From the human T2T-CHM13v2.0 reference genome, Homo sapiens: a DNA stretch of 64,000 nt. The stretch lies in the NCBI RefSeq assembly GCF_009914755.1, contig NC_060936.1. The stretch is one strand, 5' to 3'. The notes beneath the pieces are model-generated. The model saw only the letters and a list, made by a program, of their open reading frames with translations. It had not been told where the DNA came from and did not search any database. Below, in pieces: positions 13,976 to 27,800 of this stretch. The number at the start of each line of letters is the position of its first letter. Within the stretch, counting starts at the first letter, position 1. A program made the position numbers and the translations under genes.

Positions 13976-15519
13976 GTTATTTTCTAGATTCTTTATGATC
14001 CATAGAACTCTTACATATAGAAATAAGAGGAAGAATAATCACATTGTAGCTGGAACAAACAGGCTAAGCATGACAATGAAACTTTAATTTGCAAAAAGGT
14101 TTATTTTTCCCTAATGACCAACTAATTCATGCCCTTTCTTGTAATATATATTTTTCTTATATCATCAGAATAGAAACGAAAAAGTTTAGTTGGAGACAAA
14201 AAGACCCTAGTATGAATGTGGCCTATAAATTGAGCAATTTGAGTCTTCTGTAAAAGCTGTAAGGTGTTCTGAGGTCTGCAGAATTCCCATATTTTTTTTC
14301 TCTACTGAAGGACTCTGAAAAATTCCACAGTCAGAAGAGCTAAGACTCAGATGTTTGCTTTTTTTGAAATATCACTTCATTTCTGACATTGAATATGTAG
14401 CATTTTAAAGCCTAAACATGAAATTTTATCTCTATTTATTATCAAACGGTGCTAAGATCTTGTAGCTTTAACATAAAATCTAGTTAAAATCATATTGTAA
14501 TAGTCAAGGTTCAAACATCATTAGGTATCCTAGACATGAAGTGAAAAATTTCTCTTGATATCTATGTATCATTCATTATTAAAGTCAGTAATTTAATAAC
14601 AGCTGCTTAAAGGATTGGTTTTTCTGTGTCTTTCAGATTAATTTTACTGAAAATATAGAAAACTGTAAGATAAAATGACTCTGTTCTGTGTGTTCTCATG
14701 CTTAAAATTCTTAATTTCTCTCCAACATCTATTTTCGCCTTATAATTACACATCTAAATTTCTGAGCTCAAGTACAGATTCATCCACACTAACAGAAATA
14801 GGAATCTCCCCTGTAGCTGAACTACTGCCTCGTATTAAATATTATAAGGCATTTCATTAGTTCTTATGTCTACCATTAAAAATACTGCAAAGATATCTTG
14901 ACAACTAAGCCACTTTATGTGGTTAAAAATTCCCAATTTGTATGAACTTAATGCGTAGGCAGTCTTAAAATTAGTTAATGTAACACGTGTTTCACCCAAG
15001 CAGGAGCAGGCCTTGTACAGGTGCCACTCTACAGAAGGGTTGCAGGTGTTGCTTACCTGGTCTGCACACTTGAGGCACAGAATCTGAATAGTGATTTCCA
15101 CTTGGCTGCATCTCCACTTGGCTCAGGTGGCTTTCCTTAAGGATACCTAAAAGAGTTACCTTAATATTGAAAAGAATGGGGCCAACATATATTGACTAGG
15201 CACAATATACAATGGATGGGAGAATTGCGGTATTTTATTGACAAAAATGACTAAAATTATTAAGCCTACATTTGGTATGGAATGGTAAAGAAGTATGCTA
15301 GATAGCTTAAATGTAAAAACATACTTAGAAAATTAAAATGAAAATATAATGTGATTTTGATTTATATTCAGATCCCCTGTCTAAGAAATGGGTGAGCCTC
15401 AGCCTCACTTGGGTTCTTCTAGTCTTGTTGCTTTTCTTTCCTTATTCACCTGCCTTCTGTTTCTCCCTGGCTCTCTTCTCTGTACCATATGATGTTTTGT
15501 TCCAGGATGAGGTTTCCTA

Positions 15520-15725
15520 GATTTTCACTCTCTGATATGGCAGCCACTGGCCCTGTGTGGCTACTAGAATTAGGTTAAAATTAAATAAAATTAAAAATTT
15601 AAATCCTCAGTTGCACTAGCCACATTTAAATTTCTCAATAGCCATGTGGAGTTAGTGTCTACCATATCAGACAGGGCAAAATAGAGCCTTTTCATCATTA
15701 TAAGAATTTCTACTGGGCAGTGCTT
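15520..15725. mobile_element. MER3 hAT-Charlie MITE
   Basis: cagccactggccctgtgtggctact...ctcagttgcactagccacattt...caatagccatgtgg...ttctactgggcagtgct. Confidence 0.75.
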
Positions 15726-16396
15726 CTCTAGGCCAATTGTGTCTGTATGTTAGAGCTAAGACACTAACTGCAGAATATTTTTAGATTTTTACTTTCCGAA
15801 ATCAATCACCTTTTAGACACTGGTCCTCATTAACTGCTGTTTTATTGTCTTACCTGCTGCTCTATGTATTTACTGCACTGCTCTGTGGAATGGTGGAAAT
15901 TAAGGTTCTTCATTCTTCTCTATGCAATGTGATTGCTGCCATATAGCCTGATGTGCCATATAGCCTGGCCAAGTCTCCCCCACTGGCCAGAAGAATCTAA
16001 TCTTTGTTTATTCCCTGTATCCCCAAAAAAGATATCTTTTCATTGAAGAATACTTCTGATCTTTGATTTTTAAAAATAATATTCTTAATGTGTAGCACTT
16101 CAGAAAAAAGACCTAGGTGTCATATTATATATTTTTGCTTGTAATTGAGACAGACAAAGATGGGAGAAATGAAATTTGCTATTGTAAGTGGATGATGGAC
16201 AATTTTTAAAAATGCCTTAGCAACAATTATAATTAATATACACAAAACATGAATTGTATAACATGTCTGTTTCAACACCACCTGGTGGATGTCAACAGAT
16301 CACCAATGTCCATTGAACATATTTTGATAATCGCTGCTTCAGAACATCAAATACCTCAGAAATAGCCCAATTTTATTTAGGTTTAAAAATATTCTA

Positions 16397-16702
<306 letters not shown>

Positions 16703-18851
16703 TCTATCCATCTATCTATCTATTCATATTCTAATTGGTTATATAACTGCCTGCCATATTTGCAAGTTGAGTTGATTACTGGACTGCTCACAAGAATTAT
16801 GAAGCCATTCATATTGCATGTTTAATGTTAAATTTTGCCACTCTGATATATTTATTTTTTTTGATCTGAGCTAAACAACTTTCTAGTTTCTTCTGAACAA
16901 TCCTATATATTTAATTTACTCCATTTGGTCAGTACTGTATTGGTAAGCTTTCTTAAGTTGACTCCTGAGAAAACACCGATGAGCTAAACATTGTAACGTG
17001 AAAATGAAACTGAGGACACCATGCAATAAATAACATGGAAGACATAAAATGGCACCAGGAATGGCTATGTTTTCTATTTGTTGCTGTGTAGTTGAGATTG
17101 AGCTAGATCAAACTCAGTCTAGAATCACTGTTACTTTAACCGTTAAGCTTTAATATGTGATGCCACTATATGAAGCATCCTTTCAAGAGGAGACATTTTA
17201 GCAAGTTTTACACTATCAAGCAATTTGCAGGCACATGGTAGAAAGAGATAACTTGATAATATTTGTAAGAGTAAGGTATTTTATTAAAAAGGCCATTATG
17301 GAGCATAACGTAATTCTATAAATTTGGATCTAAAAAAGATAGTATAGAAGAGTTAAAATAATTTCCTATGTTAAATTATTTCTGGCAAAGCGAGTCAATG
17401 TTTTAGACAGATGAGTATAACTTTTGTCCTGAAAATGAGTATTATAGAATTAACAGAATTGCATAAAAATGAGGTTTGTGGTTTATTGAGCAGTTAATAC
17501 TCCTGTCTTGCTTTGGAAGCAGAGCCATAAATAGCTTAGAATTTATCCAGTGGTTTAAAATATATTCTCCAGCAATATTGCCTAAATTTCTTTGTCATTT
17601 TGGAGGAAAATGTCAATGTTTTCCTGCAAAGAAAATAACCACCTGCATAGGGATGGTGCTTATTAAAATCATGTTCACAAGATTAAGTAGATAACCAGAA
17701 AGAAGTTTCCTCCAGTAAACTTTGTTCTCTGGGCTATGTACAGAAAGAATGTAAACAAAAGTCCCTTAAGCACCTAAAAGGCATGCTTAAACCCAATTTA
17801 TCTGCTTTTTCTTTCCCCAGATGTGGGTCTCCTGTTAGTTCTAGAGTTTTGCTATAAGCACTTTCAAGAAACCATGTCTTAAAACACATTATACTTTTCC
17901 AAAGAAACAATGCTTTTGAAATGCATTGCATTTCTAAACAAGAGTAGACAATTGTAACAAGCAGAAAGGTATAAATAACATTGAGGTTCAGCTAAAATTC
18001 ACTGTCATCCTCTAAAATAATATTCTTCTAAGCCTGTATACTGAATAAAAATATTGTATCTCTTAGTTATATAGAGAGGTTTAATACATTAGAACTTAAA
18101 TATTCCGCTCTTAAAATTTGACATGCTTAAAATAAATATGGCGAGTATGGTTGTTATGATAAACATTTGATTATTAATACTTTCCATGCCAGATAATTTA
18201 GAAGAATGTTTTCTTTAGGAATGATTTGAATTGCTCCTCTGAAATTTCTTTCAAAATTGATTATTCTCATGTACTTGCACATATTCACACTATTGGAATC
18301 TCACAACCAAGTAAAGATGGTTTAATCCATTCTGCAGTTTTGACTCAGGGTCAGAGAGAAATTCACTTAAGATTCACATGTTTTAATATATTTTTATTGC
18401 AATTTTTTAAAAAAAGACCTTTCAATCTAGCATAAGTAAAGAGATACTCATTATAATGCAACCTCATAGACATTGAAGGCTTGGAAATGGAGTCTGTTTG
18501 TGCTGTGTGGTGCCAGGCCTTGCAGACTGGGAGCTGGTGGTCTGACAATATTTGGTATAAAGATTGACCATTCACTTGTACATACATGGCAGCGCTTGAG
18601 CAGGGAAGGTAAGATGGAGTCACTTACAAACAAATAACTGGATGGTACTGGCATCTCAAAATGTAGCTGCTAGAGAGCAGGACCCAAATGCATATGCAGG
18701 TCTTTTGATTCCAAGCCAAGGCCTCTTTTCGCTATATGTATGGTAACATTTAAGTGATTACTTAATAATTTTAGATAGTTGGAATGAGTTCATCCTATAA
18801 TTTTAAGTTTTGATCATCCTTTTAAAGCAAATATAGGACCTCAACATTTGA

Positions 18852-19172
<321 letters not shown>

Positions 19173-19420
19173 GACTTTCAAGATTTTAAGTGTGAAAGTT
19201 TAAAAGTAGTTTATTTTTTCTTTGACTTTATTCTTTTCCCATAAATGACATTAATACAACTTAAGAAAGTGAAATTAAAAGGGCAGAGAAAAGAGTCAAG
19301 GAGTCATATTTCTTTGTCACAGTGATTGTGGCTGTGGTTACGGAGCATGTGTGTAAGTTAAAGACAATGGCAGGGTTATGCAATGAATATATACTTATTA
19401 ACCTGCTTTGATGGAAGTAC

Positions 19421-19757
19421 TGCTATATCAGTTAGCATAGGCTAAAGTATGCTGCAATAGCCACCCCAAAATCCACATTTTCTAAATCTGGCTCTAGAAC
19501 CACATTTTCTTCAATTGATTCTCAGGCTGATAGGTAGTAGTATATTGTTGTGTCAGAAAGAAAAGAGACGATGTGCAATGCATTGGTTCTTAAGACCAGA
19601 AATAGCATACGTCACTTCTGCCTACATTTCATTGGCCAAATCAAATCACATAGCTATAGCTCAATTAAACTAGGTGAGATGTAAAATATTCCTGCAGAAA
19701 AGGGGCACCATAGAGGGTGCCATAGAATATGAGTGAACAGAAATCTAACCCATCACA
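19421..19757 (-). mobile_element. Old MaLR LTR (MLT1K/L-like)
   Basis: atcagttagcataggcta...gtcacttctgcctacatttcattggccaaatcaaatcacatagc. Confidence 0.6.
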
Positions 19758-19864
19758 ACCTCCTTCTAACCTCTTCACTTGTTTCCTGGAATCACCAGAG
19801 GGAAGGTGATTGTATTTTTCTGTTACATTAATTAGTCAAAATGTGTCTGTCACAGACACACACA

Positions 19865-20181
19865 CAGAGTCAGCCCTCTGTAACTGTGGGTTTTGCATCC
19901 ATTGATTCAACTAATAAAGGATCAAGATTTTAAGAAAAATCCATATTGAACATGTACAAACTTGTTCTTGTCATTCCCTAAATAGTAATAACTATTTATA
20001 TAGCATTTACATTGTTTTAAGTATTACAAGTGACCTAGAGATGACTTAAAGTGTACGAGAGGAGGACGTGCATAGGTTGTATGCAAATACCATGCTATTA
20101 TAAAGGATTTGAGCATCCTCAGACTTTGATACCTGTGAAGAGCCCTGGAACAAATCCCCCGTGGATACCAAGGGACATCTG
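19865..20181 (-). mobile_element. MER2 (TcMar-Tigger MITE)
   Basis: Ends cagccctctgtaactgtggg / ccctggaacaaatcccccgtggataccaagggac; internal gcataggttgtatgcaaatac. Confidence 0.85.
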
Positions 20182-20252
20182 TGTGTATGTATATACATAT
20201 GCATGTATATGTATATATATCATATGTACATATATACACACACAGATACACA
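20181..20252. repeat. Degenerate (TA/TG/CA)n simple repeat
   Basis: gtgtgtatgtatatacatatgcatgtatatgtatatatat...acacacagataca. Confidence 0.8.
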
Positions 20253-20444
20253 TTTAACAGCTGTCTTTAATTGAATGGCAACTCTATATTAGTCATTATG
20301 TTAGATAGTTCATATATATTAGGCCTTGTAACAGACAGAGTTAAGTATTAGTAAACTTGTACAAGATGAGAGATTTAAGATCGAGAGCTTAAGCATGACT
20401 TCCAACCAAAGTTACATGGTACCAGCAGGAGGTTCTATATCTAC

Positions 20445-20650
20445 TAGGGAAGAGTCCAGGCTCTAGAATAAGCAGCCTGTGTTTGAATCCAAGCCTTGCC
20501 ACTTTCTAGCTATGTGGCCTTGGTTATGTAGCTCTTAGTTTTCCTCTTGGTATAATGTAGGTAATAATCATGCCTATTTTATAGGGGTTGTGTAGACTTA
20601 ATGCATATGAAGTGTTTATCACTGGGCCTGGTGCATATTAATCGCTGAAT
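20445..20650 (+). mobile_element. MIR SINE
   Basis: gcctgtgtttgaatccaagccttgccactttctagctatgtggccttgg. Confidence 0.75.
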
Positions 20651-21214
20651 ATACAAGATGTTAAATATCACTCAAACACAAACATGTCAATTCTTTCCAT
20701 CTGGTAGATCATACTGGTCTTGAGAAGTGAAATAGCAGTGACTTAGGCCTTAGTTGTATAGGTGGAGCTGTGAAAGTTGAGAGGAAAATCTGCCCATCTC
20801 ATGTCACAGGACATGATACTCACTCTCCTCCAAATGGAGGCGTAAAGTAATAAAAGTGGTATATGATATAGTATAACACTTTGAAAACATATGTTGCCAC
20901 AGTGAAATAATGAAGAAGGAACAGTGAAAACTGCAAATGGAGGATTAAAACTCATGTCAACATAAGACACATCTGTCCAGATTGTAGTACAACTCTGATT
21001 AGCCCATTTATCATAAGAGAACCCTCATTTGCAAGCAATTACTGATTGTTAGTGTGCTATTCCACCAAAGCGCTTTGTTTCATAATAAACTGACAAAGCG
21101 TATCTTAATCTAATCTTTTGTTTGGGGACTCTTTTTGAAATAAGACATAAACATAGTGGTTTTACCTGTGGTCAGCCTAGAGAACCTTGAGTACTGTCTG
21201 TTCAAAATAGTAGT

Positions 21215-21450
21215 TGTAGTAGCTCACCTTTATGGAGGACTTCATAGCTGCCGGGTTGATCAAGTGTTTGTTTACTCATTTCATCTTCCCAGCAGTCCTA
21301 CAAGGTAGGTGCTACTAATACTCTCATTTTACATATAAGGAAACTGAGATACATGATCATATTGTCCATGATCATATATCTGATATGTGATTGTGGCTGA
21401 AATAGATTAATACCAAGATTGTTCAGACTTCAGAGTCCATGTTTAACCAT
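21215..21450 (-). mobile_element. MIR SINE
   Basis: ctcatttcatcttcccagcagtcctacaaggtagg...cattttacatataaggaaactgag. Confidence 0.7.
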
Positions 21451-22654
21451 TCTTTGAGTACATACATTATTTTTAATCTTTCAAAAACCCTTATTGAAGT
21501 AACATATTCATCATTATCATCGCTGCATAAACTGTTTAAAATGTCCTTTTCTTTGGACTGAAAGGACAACAAATTTTTTTTAAAATAAAGGTCTGAGAGG
21601 GAAATAACAAATTTGAGATCTTTGGTGGGGAACTGAGATAAAACTAATATTTAAAGCAGAACCTAGGAATTGAAACCCATATAGGCTGAATCCAGTTTAT
21701 TAAAGTGTTAGTTTACACCTAACATGGTTAAACAAAATAAAAACAACAAAAAAAACTTAAAAGTTGGCTATCTTTGGTCAAGATGTGCAGTTGCTAGCTC
21801 ATTTCACTTTCCATCTACCTTACTTCCTCCTCATTGAGTGTGTCGCCCCTGGCTTAAAGAGAAGCTCCAAATTAGTTTCCTGAAGTCTTTGTTGCTGTTA
21901 GTATTTCATTCAAAATCCAGGATTTCTTTTGTCCTATTTTCTGTTTACTGCACTTTCTTCCAACAATATAGCTTTAAATACTGTGTATGGTATCTAGTTC
22001 TTGAGGTTAGGAAGTTGTATTCACCATCTCTTCTGCATTCAATGTGATGAACCAATTATTATCATGACCAGCTAATCCATTCAATAGTAGTTGATCTCGG
22101 GTTCTGTAAAAATTTAGCCTATAAAAGGGTGTTATGATTCTAACAGTTGAAGCTGGATAATGAATTCTTACATTCTTGCAAGGAAATGCTCCTACTGTGC
22201 CTTGTTCATCACTAAACTAGTTTAGTAGAATGTAAATACAGTCTTAAAATTCATTAAAACAAAATTTTTATGTAAAAGTCAGGAAATATTTTTTATTACC
22301 AAGCATTTTGAATATCAGTGCCCATTAAACATATTAATACAATGAGTAGGTAAAACTATAGATGTTAACATGAAATGTATGTTTCACTGCCATAAGTCTG
22401 ATATATAAAGCAGTTGTTGAAAAATTATTTGGTCATGCTATAAGATGATAGTTTCTTGTGGCACCATGTTTAAGCTTTGACTTTATTATAGAAATGTTAC
22501 TAAATAGTTTTATAGAAGGTGTGTGTTCAGGAAAGGTGTTGGGGTAAATACTTAATGATTGTAGTTATAAAGAAACTTTGACCTATAAAATGTTCTCATG
22601 TGATTCTTCAATTTAGTACATTTGGTGGCATAGGGGTGGCATTTAGGGTGCTGT

Positions 22655-22870
22655 TGAGAGGCATAGGTGTGGAATTAAGGGCATAGACTCTGGACTTATG
22701 TTGTCTGAGATTGAATCCTGGCTTGGCCACTGCCTTGATGTTAATCTCTGTACCTCGGTTTCTTCAACTGCAAAATGGGGATAATAACAGCATCTCTCCA
22801 CATGTAGTTGTGGTGAATTAAAATGACTTAATCTGTGGAACATGCTTAGAACAATGCCAGGATCTAACGT
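22655..22870 (+). mobile_element. MIR SINE
   Basis: tctctgtacctcggtttcttcaactgcaaaatggggataataac. Confidence 0.8.
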
Positions 22871-22990
22871 ATTAAGCAGATCTGAGTGTGGGTCTTTATC
22901 ACTAACATGATTCTCATTGAGAACATCCTTGATTCTTCAATACCAGAAAAAAAATTTAAACCAAGCAAGTAGACATGCAACTGAAAATAC

Positions 22991-23299
22991 TTTATTTATT
23001 TATTTTTTTTGGAGACAGTCTCACTCTGTCGCCCAGGTTGGAGTAAAGTGGTGCGATCACGTTCGCTGCAACCTCTGCCTCCCGGGTTCAAGCAATTCTC
23101 ATGCTTCAGCCTCCCAAGTAGCTGAGACTACAGGAGCATGCCACCAGGCCCGGCTAAGTTTTTGTATTTTTAGTAGAGATGGGATTTCGCCAGGTTGCGC
23201 AGGATAGTCTCAAACTCCTGAGCCCATGCAATCAGCCTGCCTCAGACTCCAAAAATACAAAGAAAGTATTGGCTACAGGCTTGAGCCACCATGCCGGCC
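22991..23299 (-). mobile_element. Alu (AluJb/S-like) with a templated-insertion scar
   Basis: Antisense dimeric Alu; TSD aatacttt at 22986-22993 and 23300-23307. Confidence 0.93.
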
Positions 23300-24821
23300 A
23301 ATACTTTCTTTTCAAACTTTTCATATTGAAGAGTCTCTAGGGAAACAACCTCTGCACAGTGCTTGAGAAGGAGCTTGCATTTAGCCAGTCCCAGTTATTG
23401 ATGAAGTTTGAGGTCAAGGTTTTTGACTGCTGGAGTGTTCCCATTAATCACATTCACACAATGTTCAACTCTTGAAGTACTCTGTATGCTGTAGAAATGA
23501 ATTGAGTCTTTTTATTTTTTTCCTATCATCATTAGCTTTTTCAGAAGCAACATTTGATGGCAAAATACTCTCTATTTGTTAAATGAATGAAGTATGAAGG
23601 GAAAGACTTTCACTCCAGGCACATCCTGGACATTGGTACATTAATTGTTCCACACTGACACAGAGTTGGTGTCATTACTAAGAGCTGAGGGTAGATCTGA
23701 AAAGTTAACCATTATATAATTTTGCAGGTGCTCCCTTTGTAATTGGTAAGCATTACCTCAAGTTTATAACAGGCCTGTGATACAATCAATACAGCTGGAA
23801 TTGGTGATTGCATTTTCTTATTAAACTTTAGATTTTAGATAAATGGCAAGACAAGAACACTCTACCTCCTGAAGACTGACAATTGTCATTACACGTTTCT
23901 GCAAACTCCCCAACTTCCTGTGTCACTATAATTGACCTTGGTCACAGGAATGCATTAAAGCTCACTATGAGAGGGATCTGTAAGTCTGTTTTCCCTTGGG
24001 CCCTGGCTTGTGTATTAAATGGGAGAAGTAAAACATTTCAGGACAAAGTCGATTTCTTTCTCTCTCGCTCTCTCTCTTTGTAGCAAAAATCTAAGAGGCC
24101 TGCACGGTAGAAAAAAATAGGAGCTCTATTTTTACCTCCAGCTCCTTGTAGGCTCCTTATAGAAACAAGGATACATGGAAAAGGAGCTCATTAAAATTAT
24201 ATGTATTATGCTTTTCACTCTCCATCTGCACCCTTTGGTAGAGGAGTTGAGGGAACCCAGCAATGCCACAAAAACAACCACTATTAGTTCAAATCTTGCA
24301 TTCATACATATTTATAATAAACTTAGAATGTTCATCTATTCATTCCTACAGTTGGATTGATGACAGGCTATGGATATTCTTTTCAAGTAAATTTTTCAAA
24401 AATTCTCTTAATTGAGTTTGTGTGAAACCTTGTTAATTGTGGGTAGGTCAGTGTAAACTATGACAACTTTGCAACGCCTGCCCAAAATAGAAGTTAGAAT
24501 TTTTAGAATAGTTACTGTTTGTGCTGCATTTATTTGCACATCATTACTTATAAAGTTATTCCTTAGTAACTTGTTTCTGGTCTTGTTTTTTCTTGCATTC
24601 AGCTAGATATTTGGAAGAAACTTGTTAGTGTCCTGTAGGACTAATAACAAATAACCTTTGACTACGATTTCATTCCTTAAAACACATAGCAGTACTGGGA
24701 ATTTAGTGGGTATTCAGTAAATACTTGCTGATTAGTCAATTATACTTTCCTAGTTTTTTAAAATAAGGGAATAGGGATAACTGTTGCCTAAAATTGTATC
24801 CCAAAGAACTGATTATTTCCT

Positions 24822-27800
24822 TTTTTTTTTTTAATTTTACTTTAAGTTCTGGGATACATATACTGAAAGTGCAGGTTTGTTACATAGGTATACAAGTGCC
24901 ATGGTGGTTTGCTGTACCAATCAACCTGTCATCTAGTTTTTAAGCCCTGCATGCATTAGGTATTTGTCCTAATGCTCTCCCTGCCCCTTTTCCCCACCCC
25001 CTGACAGGCTCTGGTGTGTGGTGTTCCCATCCTTGTGTCCATGTGTTCTCATTGTTCAACTCCCACTTATGACTGAGAACATGTGGTGTTTGGTTTTCTG
25101 TTCCTGTCTTAGCTTACTGAGAATGATAGTTTCCAGCTTCATCCATGTCCCTGCAAAGAACATGAACTCATTCTTTTTATGGCTGCATAGTATTCCATGG
25201 TGTATATGTGCCACATTTTCTTTATCCAGTCTGTCATTAATAAGCATTTGGGTTGGTTCCAAGTCTTTGCTATTGTGAACACTGCTGCAATAAACATACA
25301 TGTGCATGTTTCTTTATAGTAGAATGATTTATAATCCTTTGGGTATATACTTAGTAATGGGATTGCTGGGTCAAATGGTATTTCTGGTTCTAGATCCCTG
25401 AGGAATCGCCACACTGTCTTGCACAATGGTTGAACTAATTTGCACTCCCATCAACAGTGTAAAAGTGTTCCTATTTCTTCACATCCTCTCCAGCATCTGT
25501 TGATTGCTGACTTTTTAAAAAAATTATTATACTTTAAGTTCTGGGACACATGTGCAGAACAGCCAGGTTTGTTACATAGGTATACACGTGCTATGCTGGT
25601 TTGCAGCACCCATCAGCCCTTCACCTACATTAGGTATTTCTCCTAACACTATCCCTCCTCTAGCTCCCCCCATCTCCCGACAGGCCCCAGTGTGTGATGT
25701 TCCCCTCCCTGTGTCCATGTGTTCTCATTGTTCAACTCCCACTTATAAGTGAGAACATGTGGTGTTTGGTTTTCTGTTCTTGTGTTAGTTTGCTGAGAAT
25801 GATGGTTTCCAGCTCCATCCATGTCCCTACAAAGGACATGAACTCATCCATTTTTATGGCTGCATAGTATTCCATGGTGTTTATGTGCCACATTTTCTTT
25901 ATCCAGTCTATCATTGATGGACATTTGGCTTGGTTCCAAATCTTTGCTATTGTGAATAGTACTGCAATAAACATACGTGTGCATGTGTCTTTAGAGTTGA
26001 ATGATTTATAATCCTCTGGGTATATACCCAGTAATGGGATTGCTGGGTCAAATGGTATTTCTAGTTCTAGATCCTTGAGGAATTGCCGCACTGTCTTCCA
26101 CAGTGGTTGAACTAATTTACACTCCCACCAACAGTGTAAAAGCATTCCTATTTCTCCACATCCTCTCCAGTATCTGTTGTTTCCTGACTTTTTAGTGATT
26201 GCCATTCTAACTGGCGTGAGATGGTGTCTCATTGTGGTTTTGATTTGCATTTCTCTAATGACCAGTGATGATGAGCTTTTTTTCATGTTTGTTGGCTGCA
26301 TACATGTCTTCTTTTGAGAAGTGTCTGTTCATATCCTTTGCCCACTTTTTGATGGGGTTGTTTCTTTTTATCTTGTAAATTTGTTTAAGTTCTTTGTAGA
26401 TTCTGGATATTAGTCCCTTGTCAGATGGGTAGATTGCAAAAATTTTCTCCCATTCTGTAGGTTGCCTGTTCACTTTGATGATAGTTCTTTTGCTCTGCAG
26501 AAGCTCTTTAGTTTAATTAGGTTCCATTTGTCTGTTTTGGCTCCCTGGCTTCAGCCCATTTCTAGGGGAGTGAACCGTTCTGTTTTGCTGGTGTTCCAGG
26601 CATCACTGGGGTATGGAAAAACAAAACAAAACAAAAAACAACAAAAAAAGCAAACTCCTGCAGCTAGCTCGGTGTCTGCCCAAATGGCCACCCAGTTTTG
26701 TGCTTGAAACCCAGGGCCCTCGTGGCGTATGCACAGGAGGGAATCTCCTGATCTGTGGGTTGCAAAGACAGTGGGAAATGTGAAGTATCTGAGCCAGAGT
26801 GCATGGTTCCTCAGGGTCAGTCCCTCACGCCTTCCCTTGGGTAGGGGAGAGAATTCCCTTACCCCTTGTGCTTCCCAGGTGAGGCGATGCCCCACCCTGC
26901 TTCGGCTCATCCTCCGTGGGCTGCACCCACTGTTCAACCAGTGCCAATGAGATGAGCTGGGTACCTCAGTTGGAAATATATAAATCACTCTCCTGCTGCT
27001 TTGATTTCGCTGGGAGCTGCAGACGGGAGCTGTTCCTATTTGACCATCTTGCCAGCAATCCTTCCTGACTTTTTCATGATCACCATCCTAACTGGCTTGA
27101 GATGATATCTCATTGTGGTTTTGATTTGCATTTCTCTAATGACCAGTGACGATGAGCTTTTTTCAATATGTCTATTGGCTGCAAAAATGTCTTCTTTTGA
27201 GAAGTGTCTGTTCATATCCTTTGCCCACTTTTTGATGGTTTTTTTTTCTTGTAAATTTGTTTAAGTTCTTGTCAATTCTGGATATTAGACCTTTGTCAGA
27301 TGAAAGGACTGCAAAAATTTTCTCCCATTCTGTAGGTTGCCTGTTCACTCTGATGATAGTTTCTTTTGCTGTGCAGAAGCTCTTCAGTTTAATTAGGTAC
27401 CATTTGTCAGTTTTGGCTTTTGTTGCCATTGCTTTTCATGTTTTAGTCATGAAGTCTTTGTCCATACCTATGTCCTGAATGGTATTGCCTGGGTTTTCTT
27501 CTAGGGTTTTTATGGGTTTAGGTTTCAAGTCTTTAATCCATCTTGAGTTCATTTTTCTTTAAGGTGTAAGGAAGGGGGTCCAGTTTCTCATTTCTGCATA
27601 TGGCTAGCCAGTTTTCCCAGCACCATTTATCAAATAGGGAATCCTATCCCATGGACTTTTTTTTTGTCACGTTTGTCGAAGATCAGATGGTTGTAGATAT
27701 GTGGCGTTATTTCTGAGGCCTTTGTTCTGTTCCATTGGTCTATATATCTGTTTTGGTACCAGTACCATGCTGTTTTGGTTACTGCAGCCTTGTAGTATAG

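Noticed and set aside
15937-15967. 14-bp direct repeat tgccatatagcctg with a 3-nt spacer
   Set aside because: An ordinary short tandem duplication with no further structure.
26530-26550. Spliced L1 (SpIRE) origin for the mini-L1 junction
   Set aside because: From recalled consensus, no placement of the breakpoint within AGCCAA gives both a GT donor and an AG acceptor. Microhomology fits better, though this needs a formal alignment.
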